Assembly (NCBI RefSeq): GCF_963921235.1
Contig: NC_086118.1
Location: 12,898,001 to 12,962,000 of the forward strand
Reading direction: 5' to 3'
Length of the DNA stretch: 64,000 nt
DNA from: Mobula hypostoma
Taxonomy: Eukaryota
Of the stretch, positions 36,355 through 48,986 are shown one piece after another (the first letter of the stretch is position 1; each line of letters begins with the position of its first letter). The position numbers were made by a program, and so were the translations under genes. The notes beneath the pieces were generated by a model. That model had not been told where the DNA came from. It was given only the letters and a program-made list of their open reading frames with translations, and made no database searches.

Positions 36355-39201
36355 TTAATAATCCCTTAGACCAGGCTCCAACTCAGCAAACTTCATAGTG
36401 GCCAAAAACACTGATGAATTGCGACCAATGTAACCTCTCATTTGGTTTTGTCCCGGACCACAATAACAAGGGTCGTCCCATTCCGACTCAGTTTTCTCTC
36501 GCAAGGGCTTAGTAGGAGGGGAACGGGTATTGACCGCAGAGTTATTGCAAAACTTCCTGCAGTACCCCACCATCTCCAAGAGCCTTCTGAGGGCCCTCTT
36601 GTCTGTTGGGGTTGGGAGGTCAGCGATAGCCTGCACTGTAGCTTGCATCACTGCCAGCTGCCCCTGTGTCACCACAATTTCCAGGTAAGTGACCCTCGTG
36701 TGGCCGAATTCATTTTTTTCAAGGTTCACTATCAAACTGGCTTCAGACAGCCGTGTTAAATTGCCAATACACACCTCTGTGTTCATCAGCCCTTTAGTCA
36801 CTGAATTACTCAAAAAATATGGGTGTTGTTTACTTGGCTGCCCTATTGTAACCACAATCACCCAACGTCCCAGTTCTTTGCATTTCCTCGGGACAATCAA
36901 ACACATAGGTGCGAGTCGTTTAATTACTCCTTCTAAAGATTCGCTTTGTTCGGGGATTAAGGGAGAGACCTTATCAGTAGACCTGGCCAAAACAATAGCC
37001 TTCTCCCATCTGACCGATCCCATCCTAATCTTTTCAAAATGGTTTTTTTCTCTTATCAAGGGGCCCCTAGCTTCATTGATTTCCACGCTAACACTGACTA
37101 GGTTTGTTAGCATATCAAAAGCCGGTGACCGTCTCAGTTCGCGTCGGTCATGATCAATAACATTTTTCCCCCTGGGCAGCCGGTAAATCTCTTTCATGAT
37201 TCCACCAACTGTTTCCTCCAGCACCGCAAAATGTCCACCGGGGTGTACCTCGTGGGCCATGTTAAAAACCTCATCCCCATAACTCTTTTGCACCACCCCC
37301 CACTCCTCATCTGCGGATGCTGTACTTGATTTCCCTTTCTTCCTTAGCACTTCCTCATCCGCACAATAGCTTGTCAAGGCTGTGTCAGAGAGAGCGGTCT
37401 CGGCAAAAACCATCAGCCCCTCGTCTCGCTCCTGCGTCTGCACAAATTCTTTCCTGGCTACTGCTACGTCCGTCCCAGCTCCCTCACTACCTCTTATCTC
37501 ACTACACCCTGTCTCATACAAGGTTGGCAGAAATGTTTCAGCCAAATTCACCATCGCGGGCGGGGCCTCCATGCTGGCAGGCTGACCCGTCAATCTCACG
37601 ACTGGGAACACGATTCCTCCGGCGATGTCATTACCGAGCAAGACTTCCACGTCTTTCATCGGTAATTCGGACCTCACCCCGATCGTGACTAGTCCAGAGA
37701 CCAGGTTGCTCTGTAAATGTATCTGGTGCAAAGGGACTGACTCTGTCCCTTCCCCAACACCTTTGACCTCTACCTCCCCAGTCTGGGTCTCTGAGCTAAA
37801 CTCTAATACACTCTTCAGTATTAGTGACTGACACGCTCCCGTGTCTCTCCAGATCCGCACTGGAACTGGTTTTAACCCCTCCTTCACTGACACCAGTCCG
37901 GCCGAGATAAACTTCTCGCGCCCTTCCTGAACTTTATCAGACCTCCTCCCCCTTGGGGGTGGGTTTGCCGGCTCAATACAGCCAGTCGGAACCCCCGTCT
38001 TTCCTTTCCTTGGGCCAAAGCACCTGGACGCAAAGTGTCCGACTTTCCCACAATTATAACAGACGACCCCAGGAGACTTCCTACCAGACTGCTCCCGGTC
38101 TACCTTATCCTTTTCACTAGTCCCCGGCTTACTTTCTGACTTTTCCGGCGGACTCTCCCCTCCGTCCTGACTACCCTTCTGGTAGCCTTTACTCGGGGCA
38201 AACTTCATTTTATGCGTCAACGCATACTCATCTGCTAACTTAGCAGTTGCGGCTAACGTGGCTGCCTCTTTCTCATCGAGGTAGGGTCTCATACCCTCAG
38301 GGACACAACCTTTAAACTGCTCAATCAGAATCAGCTGCAGCAGTCTGTCATAATCCCCCTCTACCCCTTTCGAGGCGCACCAACGCTCACAATATGTTTG
38401 CATCTCACGAGCAAACTCCAAATACGTGCGGTCCCACCGCTTCCTCGCATTCCGGAACCTCTGCCGGTATGCCTCCGGGACCAACTCATAAATCCTGAGG
38501 ATGGCCTCCTTCACCACCTCATACTTCTGGGCATCTTCCGCGGATAAAGCTGAGTAAGCTTCTTGGGCCTTCCCTTTCAGTACACTCTGAAGTAAAACAA
38601 CCCACTTATCCCTCGGCCAGTCCTGACTTATAGCCACCTTTTCGAAGTGGAGGAAGTACCGATCCACGTCGGTATCGTCAAAAGGGGGAACCAGCCTTAC
38701 CTCCTGGGTCGCCCGGAACCCTCCACCTTGGTTTGGCACGAGCCCCTGCTCGGCCCTTATCTTTAACTTCTCCAGCTCAAATTCCCTTTCCCTCTGTTTC
38801 TCCTCTCTCTCCAACTGTCTGTCCCTCTCTCTCTCTTCTCTCTCCAACTGTCTTTCTCTCTCTTGCCTTTCTACCTCTTTCTCTCTCTCCCGCCTTTCTA
38901 ACTGCTTCTCTTCGTGTTCTAACTGCCGTACCCGGAACTCGTGCTCGAGTCTCAGTTTTTCAAGCTGTACCTGTACCGCGTCTCCAGCAGGTTTTTCAAT
39001 AGACACCTCCCTCAGCTCACCTTGGGGAAACACACCTTTAGATACATAGTGCTCTACAATAGCTCTGTGTATCTCCTCTCTCCTCATTGTCGACTTCACC
39101 TTGGCAAGATTCACCCGTTTGGCCACAGCTATCAATTCCGATTTCCTGGCATCCTCTAATGCCTCCAAGGTCGGCGCCTTTATAAATTCCTCAACCTCCA
39201 T
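36355..39201 (-). CDS. Gag (SCAN-like domain, CCHC knuckle) - protease - remnants of integrase and RT, 948 aa
   Basis: LVPEAYRQRFR...LILIEQFK (SCAN-like), CYNCGKVGHFASRC and WRDTGACQSLI. AHEVHPGGHF (IN Zn-binding) comes before VNLEKNEFG..VTYLE..LRRLLEMVGYCRKFC (RT thumb). Confidence 0.88.
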   Translation of the reverse strand: MEVEEFIKAPTLEALEDARKSELIAVAKRVNLAKVKSTMRREEIHRAIVEHYVSKGVFPQGELREVSIEKPAGDAVQVQLEKLRLEHEFRVRQLEHEEKQLERREREKEVERQERERQLEREERERDRQLEREEKQREREFELEKLKIRAEQGLVPNQGGGFRATQEVRLVPPFDDTDVDRYFLHFEKVAISQDWPRDKWVVLLQSVLKGKAQEAYSALSAEDAQKYEVVKEAILRIYELVPEAYRQRFRNARKRWDRTYLEFAREMQTYCERWCASKGVEGDYDRLLQLILIEQFKGCVPEGMRPYLDEKEAATLAATAKLADEYALTHKMKFAPSKGYQKGSQDGGESPPEKSESKPGTSEKDKVDREQSGRKSPGVVCYNCGKVGHFASRCFGPRKGKTGVPTGCIEPANPPPRGRRSDKVQEGREKFISAGLVSVKEGLKPVPVRIWRDTGACQSLILKSVLEFSSETQTGEVEVKGVGEGTESVPLHQIHLQSNLVSGLVTIGVRSELPMKDVEVLLGNDIAGGIVFPVVRLTGQPASMEAPPAMVNLAETFLPTLYETGCSEIRGSEGAGTDVAVARKEFVQTQERDEGLMVFAETALSDTALTSYCADEEVLRKKGKSSTASADEEWGVVQKSYGDEVFNMAHEVHPGGHFAVLEETVGGIMKEIYRLPRGKNVIDHDRRELRRSPAFDMLTNLVSVSVEINEARGPLIREKNHFEKIRMGSVRWEKAIVLARSTDKVSPLIPEQSESLEGVIKRLAPMCLIVPRKCKELGRWVIVVTIGQPSKQHPYFLSNSVTKGLMNTEVCIGNLTRLSEASLIVNLEKNEFGHTRVTYLEIVVTQGQLAVMQATVQAIADLPTPTDKRALRRLLEMVGYCRKFCNNSAVNTRSPPTKPLREKTESEWDDPCYCGPGQNQMRGYIGRNSSVFLATMKFAELEPGLRDY

Positions 39202-39277
39202 TTCTGCTGTTTGTCTTTTCTTTCTTTCGGGAATTTTAACCCAATCAATTTACTCCGTCCCAAATTTAGCGTTCAAA

Positions 39278-39295
39278 ATCCCGGACGAGCCCCCA
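39278..39295 (-). promoter_or_regulatory. tRNA-Pro primer binding site
   Basis: Perfect TGGGGGCTCGTCCGGGAT, 4 nt downstream of the 5' LTR. Confidence 0.92.
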
Positions 39296-42200
39296 CTTAT
39301 GTTACGTACCCCGTAACTGGGTTGCCAAACCAGCAGAAATGGATCACTCAGTTGGAGTCTGGAGTACTAGAACTAAGAAAGTTTTATTAAAGAAACAAGC
39401 AACACAGTAATCGAAAGGATAATAAATGCAACAATTCAACAATGATAACCACACATGTGCACAGAATTAAGATAACAGCATCAATCAAGCTCTATCGTTG
39501 TCTAGGGGTAAATGACCAATTTCAAAATGACTCAAAGTTCAGTCCAGTTAGTAGTTCAGTTCGCAGTAATCGTTGCCATGGCGATGGACAAGGTGGGGGA
39601 AGAGAGACAGAGAGAACAGGAACAACTCATCATTCAGCACAGCTTCACTCACAGACCAACGAGATTGCTCACGAGCAACTTTTGGGCGGGTCCTTGGTGA
39701 TGTCACCTGAGGTCACCGACTGTGACCCCTCCTCCAGATGCGGTCGATCCTCTGCAGTGAACCTGGCACCCAGGCAAGGGCGGACACACACCGGGTTCCC
39801 GCTGATCGTACCTTTCCACCCTTGTCGTTGTCTGGTACTTCTCATCCACTCGTGAGAGGCGCACCGCTTCCAGGGTCTCGTTACCTCGGGTGGCGTGTGT
39901 CCCTGTCTTAGCGAACCTGTCCCTTTTTATCCCCCTGCTGGGGTATCGCCTGTCCATCACTTCAAACAGTTCAGGGTTCAAAGGGGGAGCCGCTCCAGAC
40001 AACTCTCTCTCCCACGTCCCTTCATTACACATCTCCAGACGCTGCTCCATTGTTCCTTATCTCTCCTTCCCCTGAGGGCAGGTGACAGACCAATTGCTGA
40101 TGCCACTGATGCTAGCCCAGGCCAGCAAACATCTTAATTTTATGTGTATTCTCGTAACAATGTGCTTAACATACATTAATACAATTTAAAGTAGTACACA
40201 GAGCTCATATGTCCAAAGATAAACTAGCCTGTTTTTATTCCCATATAAACCCTACTTGTGATAGATGTCACTCTGAAGTGGCTTCTTTAACTCATATATT
40301 TTGGTCCTGTCCTCTTTTGGAAAAATATTGGAAAGACATTTTTGATATTATTTCAACAGTTCTATGCTTCGATTTAAAACCCCATCCTATTACAGCAATC
40401 TTTGGATTGCCAATGGTAGAACATAGATCTTTGTCTTCTTCAGCCTGTTGAATGATAGTATTTGTTACTTTAATGGTGAGAAGATCTATTCTGTTGAACT
40501 GGAAGGAAACTAATCCTCCAACTATATTACAGTTGTTTTCTCAAACTATATTAAATATAAATTTAGAAAAAATTAGAAGTGTTATTTTTGACCCTTCGGT
40601 TAAATTTGAAGAAACTTGGAAACCTTTTATGCAACATTTTCATATGATGTAATCTGACCTTTCCAATTCTTTTTTCTAAACTTAAATTATATGATGAGAG
40701 GAGCAGAGTTAACGACGTTACTGAACGTGTCTGATACAAGCTATTGGCCTAGCCCTGTTTTGCTGTTTTGGGGTTTTTTTTCTCTTCTTCTTTTGGGTTT
40801 TTTTTTCTTTATATTTTTTTTCTTTTTATTTCTTTTTTTTAATGACTAAGTTCATTATGAGTTTGGAAGTCCTTTATATCTATGTTACTTAAAATTCATT
40901 TTATATATGCTGATTAACATTATTCCAATCTCTTTGCACCAACTTTGTTATTGTGTTCATAATTTTGCAAATTAATAAAAAGATTTAAAAAGAGAAAAGA
41001 AACTTTAACATGCAACTAGACAAGGTTGTCCTTTGAGCCCTTTGCTTTTTTCACCAGGCCTTAGAACCCTTAGCTATTGCCTTCCGAGAATCTAATGATG
41101 TCACTGGTATTTTAAGGAGAGGTATGATTCACAAAGTTTCACTTTATGCTGATGACCTATTGCTTTGTATTTCTAATGTTGAGACTTCAGTACCTTCTGT
41201 ACTTTCCTTACTCTCCTGTTTTAGTCAGTTTTCAGGATACAAACTAAATTTTCATAAGAGTGAACTTTTTCCTTTGAATAATTTAGTATCAATTAATACT
41301 AACCTTCCTTTTAAAATTGTAAGAAATCAATTTACTTATTTGGGTGTAACAATTACTAAGAATTCTAAACACTTATTTAAAGATTTTTTTTACTCTATTG
41401 AGTTATGTGAAAAAGGATAGTCGCCCCTTTCATTATTGTTGATTGGCAGAATCAATTCTATTAAAATGAATATCTTGCCTAAATTCTTATACCTTTTTCC
41501 AACCGTACCCGTTTTTATTCCAAAATCCTTTTTTGATTGTCTTGATCCTATCATATCTTCATATATATGGAAGAATACACTTTCAAGACTAAATAAGGTT
41601 CATCTTCAAAAACCTAAAAAGAATGGAGGTTTAGCTTTACCAAATTTTAGGTTTTATTACTGGCAGTCAATATACGGAGCCTTACGTTTTGGTTATATTA
41701 TATTAAGCGAGAGGACTGACAGGTTTGGGTTTCTTTAGAAGCTAACTCCGTTAATAAATTTTCTACGATCTCTCTGCTCGGATCCTCAATTCCTTTATTT
41801 TTAAGTAAACAACTGATAGTTTTGTAATTGAAGATTTGGGTACAATTTAGAAAATATTATAGTTTATTGAGATTTTCTCTTTCAAGTCCCATTTTTTCTA
41901 AGTATTTTTTTAAACCTTCTATGACAGATTCAGTTTTTAAAGATTGGGATAGACTGGGTATTAAATGCTCCCAGCATTTGTTTGTTGGTGGAAGTCTCTT
42001 TTCGTTTGAGCAGATGTCAGCTAAATATAATTTACCAAAAAACAACTTTTTTCGATATTTACAAATTAGGAACTTTCTACGATCTCAATTTCATACATTT
42101 CCTAATAGTCCCAATAAGAACTTATTGGATGTATTTTTTGATTTGAAACTTTTTCATAATGGATCAATATTTAATATTTATGCTATGTTGTTGGGAATGA

Positions 42201-45149
42201 TAAACGTTCCTTTAGACAAAACTAAAAATCTCTGGGAACAAGACTTACAGACTTCAATTTCTGAGGAAATTTGGAATGGAATTTTTAAATTGGTTAATAC
42301 TTCGTTATGTGCTCGTCACTCCCTCCTACAATTTAAAGTGGTCCATAGGGCCTACATGACTAAAGATATGCTGTCTGGTTTTTATTCAGATATATCTCCT
42401 TATTGTGATAGATGTAACAATGGAGAAGCTTCACTAATTCATATGTTTTGGACATGTCCAAATCTTGCAAAATATTGGAAGGAAGTATTTCAAACTTTTT
42501 TCTTCATTTTTTAAAGTAAATTTTAAACCTAACCCTTTGACTGCCTTATTCGTTATTGTCGGAGGAAAAGATATTGTTTTGGAGACACCCAATTTGCACA
42601 TTTTGGCATTTATTTCTCTTATAACTAGGAGGGCATTGTTGTTCAGATGGAAGGATGTTGCTCTGCCTACTCATGCTCAATGGTTGTGATGTTATGCCAT
42701 GCTTAAAATTAGAGAAGATTCATTGTTCAATTTCCGAATCAAGACAAGACTTTTTAATATTGTGGGGACCATTTCTGAATTATTTTCAAAATCTTTGAGC
42801 GATTATTAAGTGCCGATGTTGGCTAAAAATATTCTTTTCCTTTTTTCTTTCTTTACCTAACAGTTTTTTGGTAATGGGTTTAGATTTTCCTTTGTATAAT
42901 AAAATTATTATTTTTCAATATTATGATTCAATTTAATTTACATGAATATGAGGTTTTGAGACTATAAGTGTGATTTTAATATATTGTATTCTGTACTCTC
43001 TAGTCTTCTTTTATGTAAGAAATCAATAAAAATATTGAAAGAGAAAGCAGACTTCAATCCTATTCTGTCTGATTCCATTACCACACATGGACTTACATTC
43101 TCAGTCTGACCTTAACCCCATGTCCTGAGCTCTTATGTAGAATTGTTCCTCTTGTTCTCTTTGACCATTTTGTTTTATTCTTTCTGTTCTTTTTTTTAAA
43201 TGCCTGCACAATTCAGAATACAGCTGTAAATCTGGAAACTTGATGAAAAATATATAACTATGAATTAGAGAGATGGAAGCAGAGCAGAACTACAAAAAAG
43301 ATCCCTGTCAATATCAAATAACTGAGAATTGATCTTCACATCACTTTGGTCTGTCTGATCTTGCACCTAATTTCTATATATTGGAAATGCATACAGTTTT
43401 AATTATACAATGAAAACTAAGTTCACTTGAGTTATTTCATGATGAACCACAATTAGTCAAGGTCACTATATTTTATTCAATTGTACACCTGAGCAAAAAC
43501 TGATGATTTTTGGACTCATTGGTATTTTCTCCATTGCTTGAGGAAACTATAAAAATAAAAATTACAGTTCTGGCAGAGAGGACAAAAAAGCAGGTATCAC
43601 CCAAATGATAGACAATGGCATCAAGCCAATCCCACTGGCAGATCTTCTATCAGAGAGCTCTTGAAATATTTTTCATTCTGTGGTACTAAGCTGCTTTTTG
43701 ATGTGTAGTATTTGAAAGTATTGTTGAATTTGTGTCAAATCATTCCCTCCAGTTACTAATATTAGAGAATGATTTCCTCTGTATATGCCAATAGGACTAT
43801 GACACACACTTTGGGGGGAGCATCAGCAATAATGCAATATTCCATCACATATATTGTTTGCAGGCATTGTTTTATTTGCCAAAAGTTATTGCTTTGTTGA
43901 ACCAGTCACAGTTCTGTGATTATATTCTCACTTCTGTGACTGTAGGTTGGCCGAATGTTCTAGAGTTCTGAGCACAAAATCCTGCTCGATGCACAAATGA
44001 CATTGAAGTGTCACCTTTCAGATCAGGATGTGAAATGTGTTACTTAAATCAAAGTTCTCCTGGTATTTGCTGTATCTGGGCTAATGTTGTCAGATGTCCT
44101 TCATGGCGAATAAGGGATTTTCAGAGTCTGTCACCTTCTTCAGGGGGCAGGAGTAATGTGAGTGGGATGGGGATGAAAATGGTGTCTGAGATACAAGACA
44201 ATAGGAAAGAGAAGGCTGAGGAATGAGTTAATGATGCTAGAGAGGAGGGTTTCAGTGTACAGGCCATAAAAATAAACTAAAGGCCATATGAAAGTACAGA
44301 TGTGTCCTGTTGGTGAACAGTGACATACTGTGGTCAGCTAGTAACTGCCTGAAAACTTTGTTAAAGACTCCTGTTGAATATTTGGACTTTCCATCAGTAC
44401 ACAGGGAAGATCACTAATATGTGAAAAATGCAGCTATCATTTGGATATCTGGTCACCATGAACATCAAGTTGGCATTTGGGATGGGGTACCTTCTTGACA
44501 GAGTTTTCCTTCAGGGACCTATGCTTGTCCGGGTTGGCACAGTGCTGGGAAAATGTCATTGCCTGGTTTTTATCTTTCACAGATCCGAATTTTCAACCAA
44601 AATGCCAGCTAATAAAATGCTTCAACCATTTCAAGTTACAGAGGGATAAATTGTCATGGAGATAGGTATTTGAAGCTGCCTGTTGTTTCAATAAGAATAG
44701 ACTGTAATTTTGAATAAGAATGTAAATTTTCAATAGAGACCGTTAATGGTAATTACACAAAGCCTACAATCTTCATGGTGAGAAATGCAATTAGAGGATT
44801 CCTACTCTCATTGTTTGTGGGAAGCGTGGTGTGAGAAATTAAAATTAAAACTGTGAAGCTCCCTTTGGATTTCCTTTCCATTTGCATGGTTGCTGTGTCA
44901 AACCAATGTTCTGCTTTGTGGAAAAGAACCTAAATCCATCCTAACAATCAACAGGGTGGACCACCCAACAAGGACATGAGACATCATGAAACCTATTGAC
45001 ATAGAACAGAGGTCCGCAGAGACTGGTAAAAGGGAGGCATTTTTGTGTTGTCAGAAGGAGCAGGATAGTTTCATTGCTTTCCTGCCAATGTAACCTAGAC
45101 CAGCCACACCAGAAGCTCATCCAACCCGACTTACTCAATAGTCATATGA

Positions 45150-45320
45150 CACTAACACTGCTGTTTCACTTCACAGCTCCAGTGACCAGTTGAATCCTGA
45201 CCTCAGGCACTGTCGGAGTAGTATCTGCATATTCTATCCTTGTCTGGGTGCTTCAGTTTTCTCCCACATCCAAAACCATGCTGGAACATTAATTGGCTGC
45301 TGTAACTTATTATATGCTGC
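45150..45320 (+). mobile_element. Degenerate V-SINE remnant
   Basis: CTGGGTGCTTCAGTTTTCTCCCACATCCAAAA core with a decayed tRNA head. Confidence 0.5.
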
Positions 45321-45404
45321 ATATTAAGACATGGGCAATCATGGTCTTTGATCATTGCCTTCTTCTGGGCAGTACCTTTATAAGGCACGTGACTGTAGCC
45401 ATTG

Positions 45405-46393
45405 CACTAGACAACAAAGAATTTGCTTCCTAGATACCTTTAGGTGTATCTTGTGAATTTTGGGCTACTTATCATAAAAATTACCATGAAGTTTCCCTAT
45501 CACGCACCATTTTTAAAAATAAACTTACGTTTATTATTTCAATTCATAATTCAAGTCAATTAAAATGTTGCCTACAATGTAAGCTGGAAAGTTTCCTATC
45601 TTGTCCAGGCATGCTTGGGCACGCTTAGGTGGTGTGGCTGCTGCATGGCAGGAGAGGTTTTAGTAACAATTATTGGGTTCAGGACTGTAAGGATGGAATA
45701 TACTATCACCAGGCACAAAAATTTCTATGAAGGATTTTGGTATTTGAGACAAATGTTTCCCAGAATAACTGATGCCAAGATTAAGGAAAGCACAAATCAA
45801 ACAGGTCATCAATGACAGGGAATTTGAAGAATTTCTAGTAGGACCAGAGAAAATCACATGGAAGGCATTCAAGAAAATTTTTGAAATTTTTCTCGACATC
45901 TACATAGCACCAAACTACATGCAGCTGGTTGAAAGCATGCTGCAAGCATATAAAACCATGAAATGCAAGATGTCACTAAAGATTCATTTTCTGCATTCCC
46001 ATTTAGACTTCTTCCTTGAAAATCTTGGTGCTGTTAGTGACGAGCATGGTGAAAGGTTTCACCAAGACATTGCTGTCATGGAGAAAAGATACCAGGGCAA
46101 CTGGAATCCATCAATGCTGGCGAATTATTGTTGGACTCTTTAGTGAGAAGCCTCAGACACCGAGTACAAATGAAAATCATGAACAAAATATTTTTAACTT
46201 AGTTGAACTATTGCAAAGCACCATTATGCAATTAAACACATTATATTCAATAAAAGTTAATTTGTTGTTTCTCCAAATTCCTACTTGATACAAGTAGTCT
46301 GAAATTGTATTTGTGTTCACCTTCAAGCAGTCTATCATAAACAAAAAACAATTCTGAGGACACACCACTTTTGAAAAAAATTGTTGTCCAGTG
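45405..46393 (+). mobile_element. Internally deleted DNA transposon, probably CMC/Chapaev3
   Basis: TIRs CACTAGACAACAA and TTGTTGTCCAGTG with flanks TTG/TTA. Transposase C-terminus SLKIHFLHSHLDFF.ENLGAVSDEHGERFHQDI...YCW (45772-46143). Confidence 0.7.
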
Positions 46394-47039
46394 TTATCAA
46401 TACTCTTCAGAGATTGTCTGCCTGGCATCACTGGTCACAAAAACCAGGACCTGTGATAATTACCAGCTGATCATATGACCATCCACCATCTGCTCCCATG
46501 GCTTCATGCGAGCCTAATCGGGGGGGGGGGTGTTGAGGGGGGAGGGGTGCTAAACAGGTGCTACATCTTGCCCAAAGGTGACCTGTAGGCTAGCTAAGGG
46601 AAGGAGCACCTTACACCTCCTTTGGTAGAGACATGTTTCCTCCCTGCCACCCAGAGTGCAGGTTAATACTTTTAAAAGACACAGAATAAGTTAGTGGACA
46701 TTTGAAAGAGAGGATAAGCTGAGGGTAATTAGGAAATAGGGAATGTTTCAGAAGAGATTAGTCCACAGGAAGTCAGCATGGCCTCCTTCTGTGAAGATAT
46801 AAGAGATCCTTGGACCAGTCTTTTATCACTGTGATTGAGTCAATGGAGACTGCAAGCTGGTAGATTCAAAAGGTTTTTATTCATCAAAGCAGGCCTACTG
46901 GAGAATTTATTTCTCCTCTCCCCATGCACAGCCATACAGTATTTTTAAACACAAAGATGGCAAAGAATGATTAACCACAATTTCAGTGACGATAATTGCT
47001 TCCTTAAGTTTAGCCTTTTGTGTCTACAGAATTACATCA

Positions 47040-47117
47040 ACACACACAAAATGCTGGAGGAACTCAGCCAGCCAGGCAGCATCTACGGGAAAAAAATACA
47101 GTCGATGTTTCGGGCCA
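47040..47117 (-). mobile_element. Short Penelope-like terminal fragment
   Basis: CACACAAAATGCTGGAGGAACTCAGC...CAGTCGATGTTTCGGGCC matches the other termini. Confidence 0.65.
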
Positions 47118-48937
47118 GTTTTTAAGACAGGTGGCCAGAGAACTTCATTAGAAATATCCACATAAAAAATGAACATAGGCAGGCCTAGTCATTGTCTAGT
47201 GTTGTTAACAACAAAACAATAATGCTTACAAAACATCTGCCTAACCCTCTCCAACTCTGGAATAAACAGCAATTCAAATTTCAAACAGATTATGGAGATC
47301 ATTATTTTTCAACTGTCTATATAAGAGATCTCATTTTTAACACTGACAAAACATCTACTCAACCCTCTACACTTTTTATCAGTAAGACCTATGAAATATT
47401 CATAGAAATCTCAACAACTCTGAAGAAAAAAACAATACTTGAAATTTCAAGCACCGTCTAATAGTCCCCATTGATGCATAGATGAAGCCTTGGGAAGAAG
47501 AAGGTCATTCTGTTCTTCTTGCTGGCCTACTGGAGATTCTGTCGGGGTATTTTCTGCTATAAAACTTGGTATTGCCTGTCTTTTCTTATCAGCAGTCCTT
47601 TTGTTTCTTTGATTAACTCTCCACTGTCATCTCTTTGGTCTCTGTTTGAACATCAGTAATTGTAACATGAACTTAAGTTTCCCTGTCCCCGTTTTTTTGT
47701 ATCTCTCTCTCTTTCTCTTTCAAGGTACTGCTGATGTTTAACTGGGTCTTCTTGAATTGTGCCCCTCTAGTTTTTTAATTTGTCCACGGATGATTTTGTT
47801 GCCATCTTGACAACTTCACCGCCACTTGTGTGATGGTAAGGACATGATGGAAATAACATTTCTCACTTTTTAAAGAAAAAGTTGGCTAAGTCTCATACTT
47901 GCTAACTCGACTGGATAGCTAGCTTGTAAGTAACTTAAATATACAGAAATAAAATGAAGTTATTTATTTCTCAGTTAAAACACTCAAATAGTAGCTTGTT
48001 TGGTAATGATACGTAATAAACATACTCTCAGATCAGGAGGTATAAATCTTTAAATTATTCACATTTCTGGACATCAAAATGTCGGTCTACTGCCATGTCA
48101 GACACATGCTCCCCTGTCACTTCTTATTTTTATGACAACTGTGTTTGAAAAAATTGTTTGAAAAAACTTGATTGGTCTGTAAAATGTGTTGTGTGTTGGT
48201 AATGATCAAAATGTTGGGGACAGCAGTACTTGGTTGTAAAAAATGTGAAAATTGTGTAAAAAAATAACCAATATGAATTTTGACATGGGTTTGAAAAGCT
48301 CTTGTGAGAAAATACAAGCTAAAAGTTTTATGAATTTAATACTTAGTATTACTTTATTTTGAAGACGAAGTTATAGGGTCAGAGTAGGTGGCAAGCTCAA
48401 AATAGTGAAATTCTAGCACATTCAAATTTTTAACTCACTTAAAAATTAGGAAAATTTTATTTATGAAGCATAGTGAATAACGTTAGGAGTTTCTACCACC
48501 TAACTGTCAAAACCAAACTACAGTAACCGATTTTGTAAAAACGATTCTTTTCTTGAAATTCTACCCCAGAGACAGAAATTTACCCTACTTAAAATATCAC
48601 CCTAACACAAACATTCTTTGCCTACAATGGTACAGATTTAAAATGTCCCACACCTCATTCCAATGGCCTTTAAGTACCTGTGGAAAATAAACTGTAAACA
48701 AGTTTGCTTTTGAAAGCTGGTCCTTGTTTTAATTAATGTCTGCTCTCCTTATATATCCTGAATAACACTTCATGCAGCACAAAACTATTTGTATCTAGTT
48801 GCTCAATGCTAAGGTTGGCTATGTGACTGCTTCACATTTTACTGCTAATCAGAGACATGTTAGCCAGATGCCAAGTCAAATGATTGTTGTGTATTTTCAA
48901 AGGTTCAACTTAATGTCAGAGAAATGTATACACGTGC

Positions 48938-48986
48938 TCTCTCTCTCTCTCTCTCTCTCTCTCACATATATATAGATATACAGATA
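48938..48986 (+). repeat. (CT)n/(TA)n microsatellite
   Basis: Directly visible. Confidence 0.85.

Larger units (their letters stand above)
35327..40159 (-). mobile_element. Gmr1-like Gypsy LTR retrotransposon, young non-autonomous copy
   Basis: LTRs at 35327-36182 and 39300-40159 (TGTTACG...CGTAACA). TSD ATGT at 35323-35326 and 40160-40163. PBS and PPT present. Confidence 0.95.
35290..40999 (+). mobile_element. Second, 5'-truncated L1 (3' end only), inserted in the first L1 and itself split by the LTR element
   Basis: 16-bp TSD AAACTTTAAC(G/A)TG(G/C)AA at 35274-35289 and 41000-41015. QFKVVHRAHMSK...CDRC..HIFWSC and a tail at ~40975-40999. Confidence 0.85.
31904..43043 (+). mobile_element. 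Near-full-length degenerate fish-type L1 (ORF1, EN, RT, CCHC), interrupted at 35290-40999
   Basis: ORF1 coiled coil with LENRSRRNNL (~32020-32815). RT SGPDGF, YRLISLLNVD and SLDAEKAFDRVEW (34611-35282) resumes with RQGCPLSP and SLYADD after 41000. C-terminal CDRC..HMFWTC and an A-rich tail. Possible decayed TSD AAAGC..ACTT. Confidence 0.88.

Noticed and set aside
35469..40137. Duplicated 137-aa and 62-aa ORFs
   Set aside because: They are chance ORFs within the two LTR copies.
35327..40159. Endogenous gamma/epsilon retrovirus, suggested by the tRNA-Pro PBS
   Set aside because: The Gag/SCAN, RDTGA protease and IN-before-RT order are Gmr1-like Gypsy features, and there is no env.
46430..46655. 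Possible RTE-like 5' end or HDV-like ribozyme on the minus strand
   Set aside because: I could not assemble the P1-P4 pseudoknot pairing by eye, so it is left unannotated.
46829..47900. Possible old LTR/ERV remnant (a similar impression at ~21500-22060)
   Set aside because: There are no clear termini, TSD or coding motifs.
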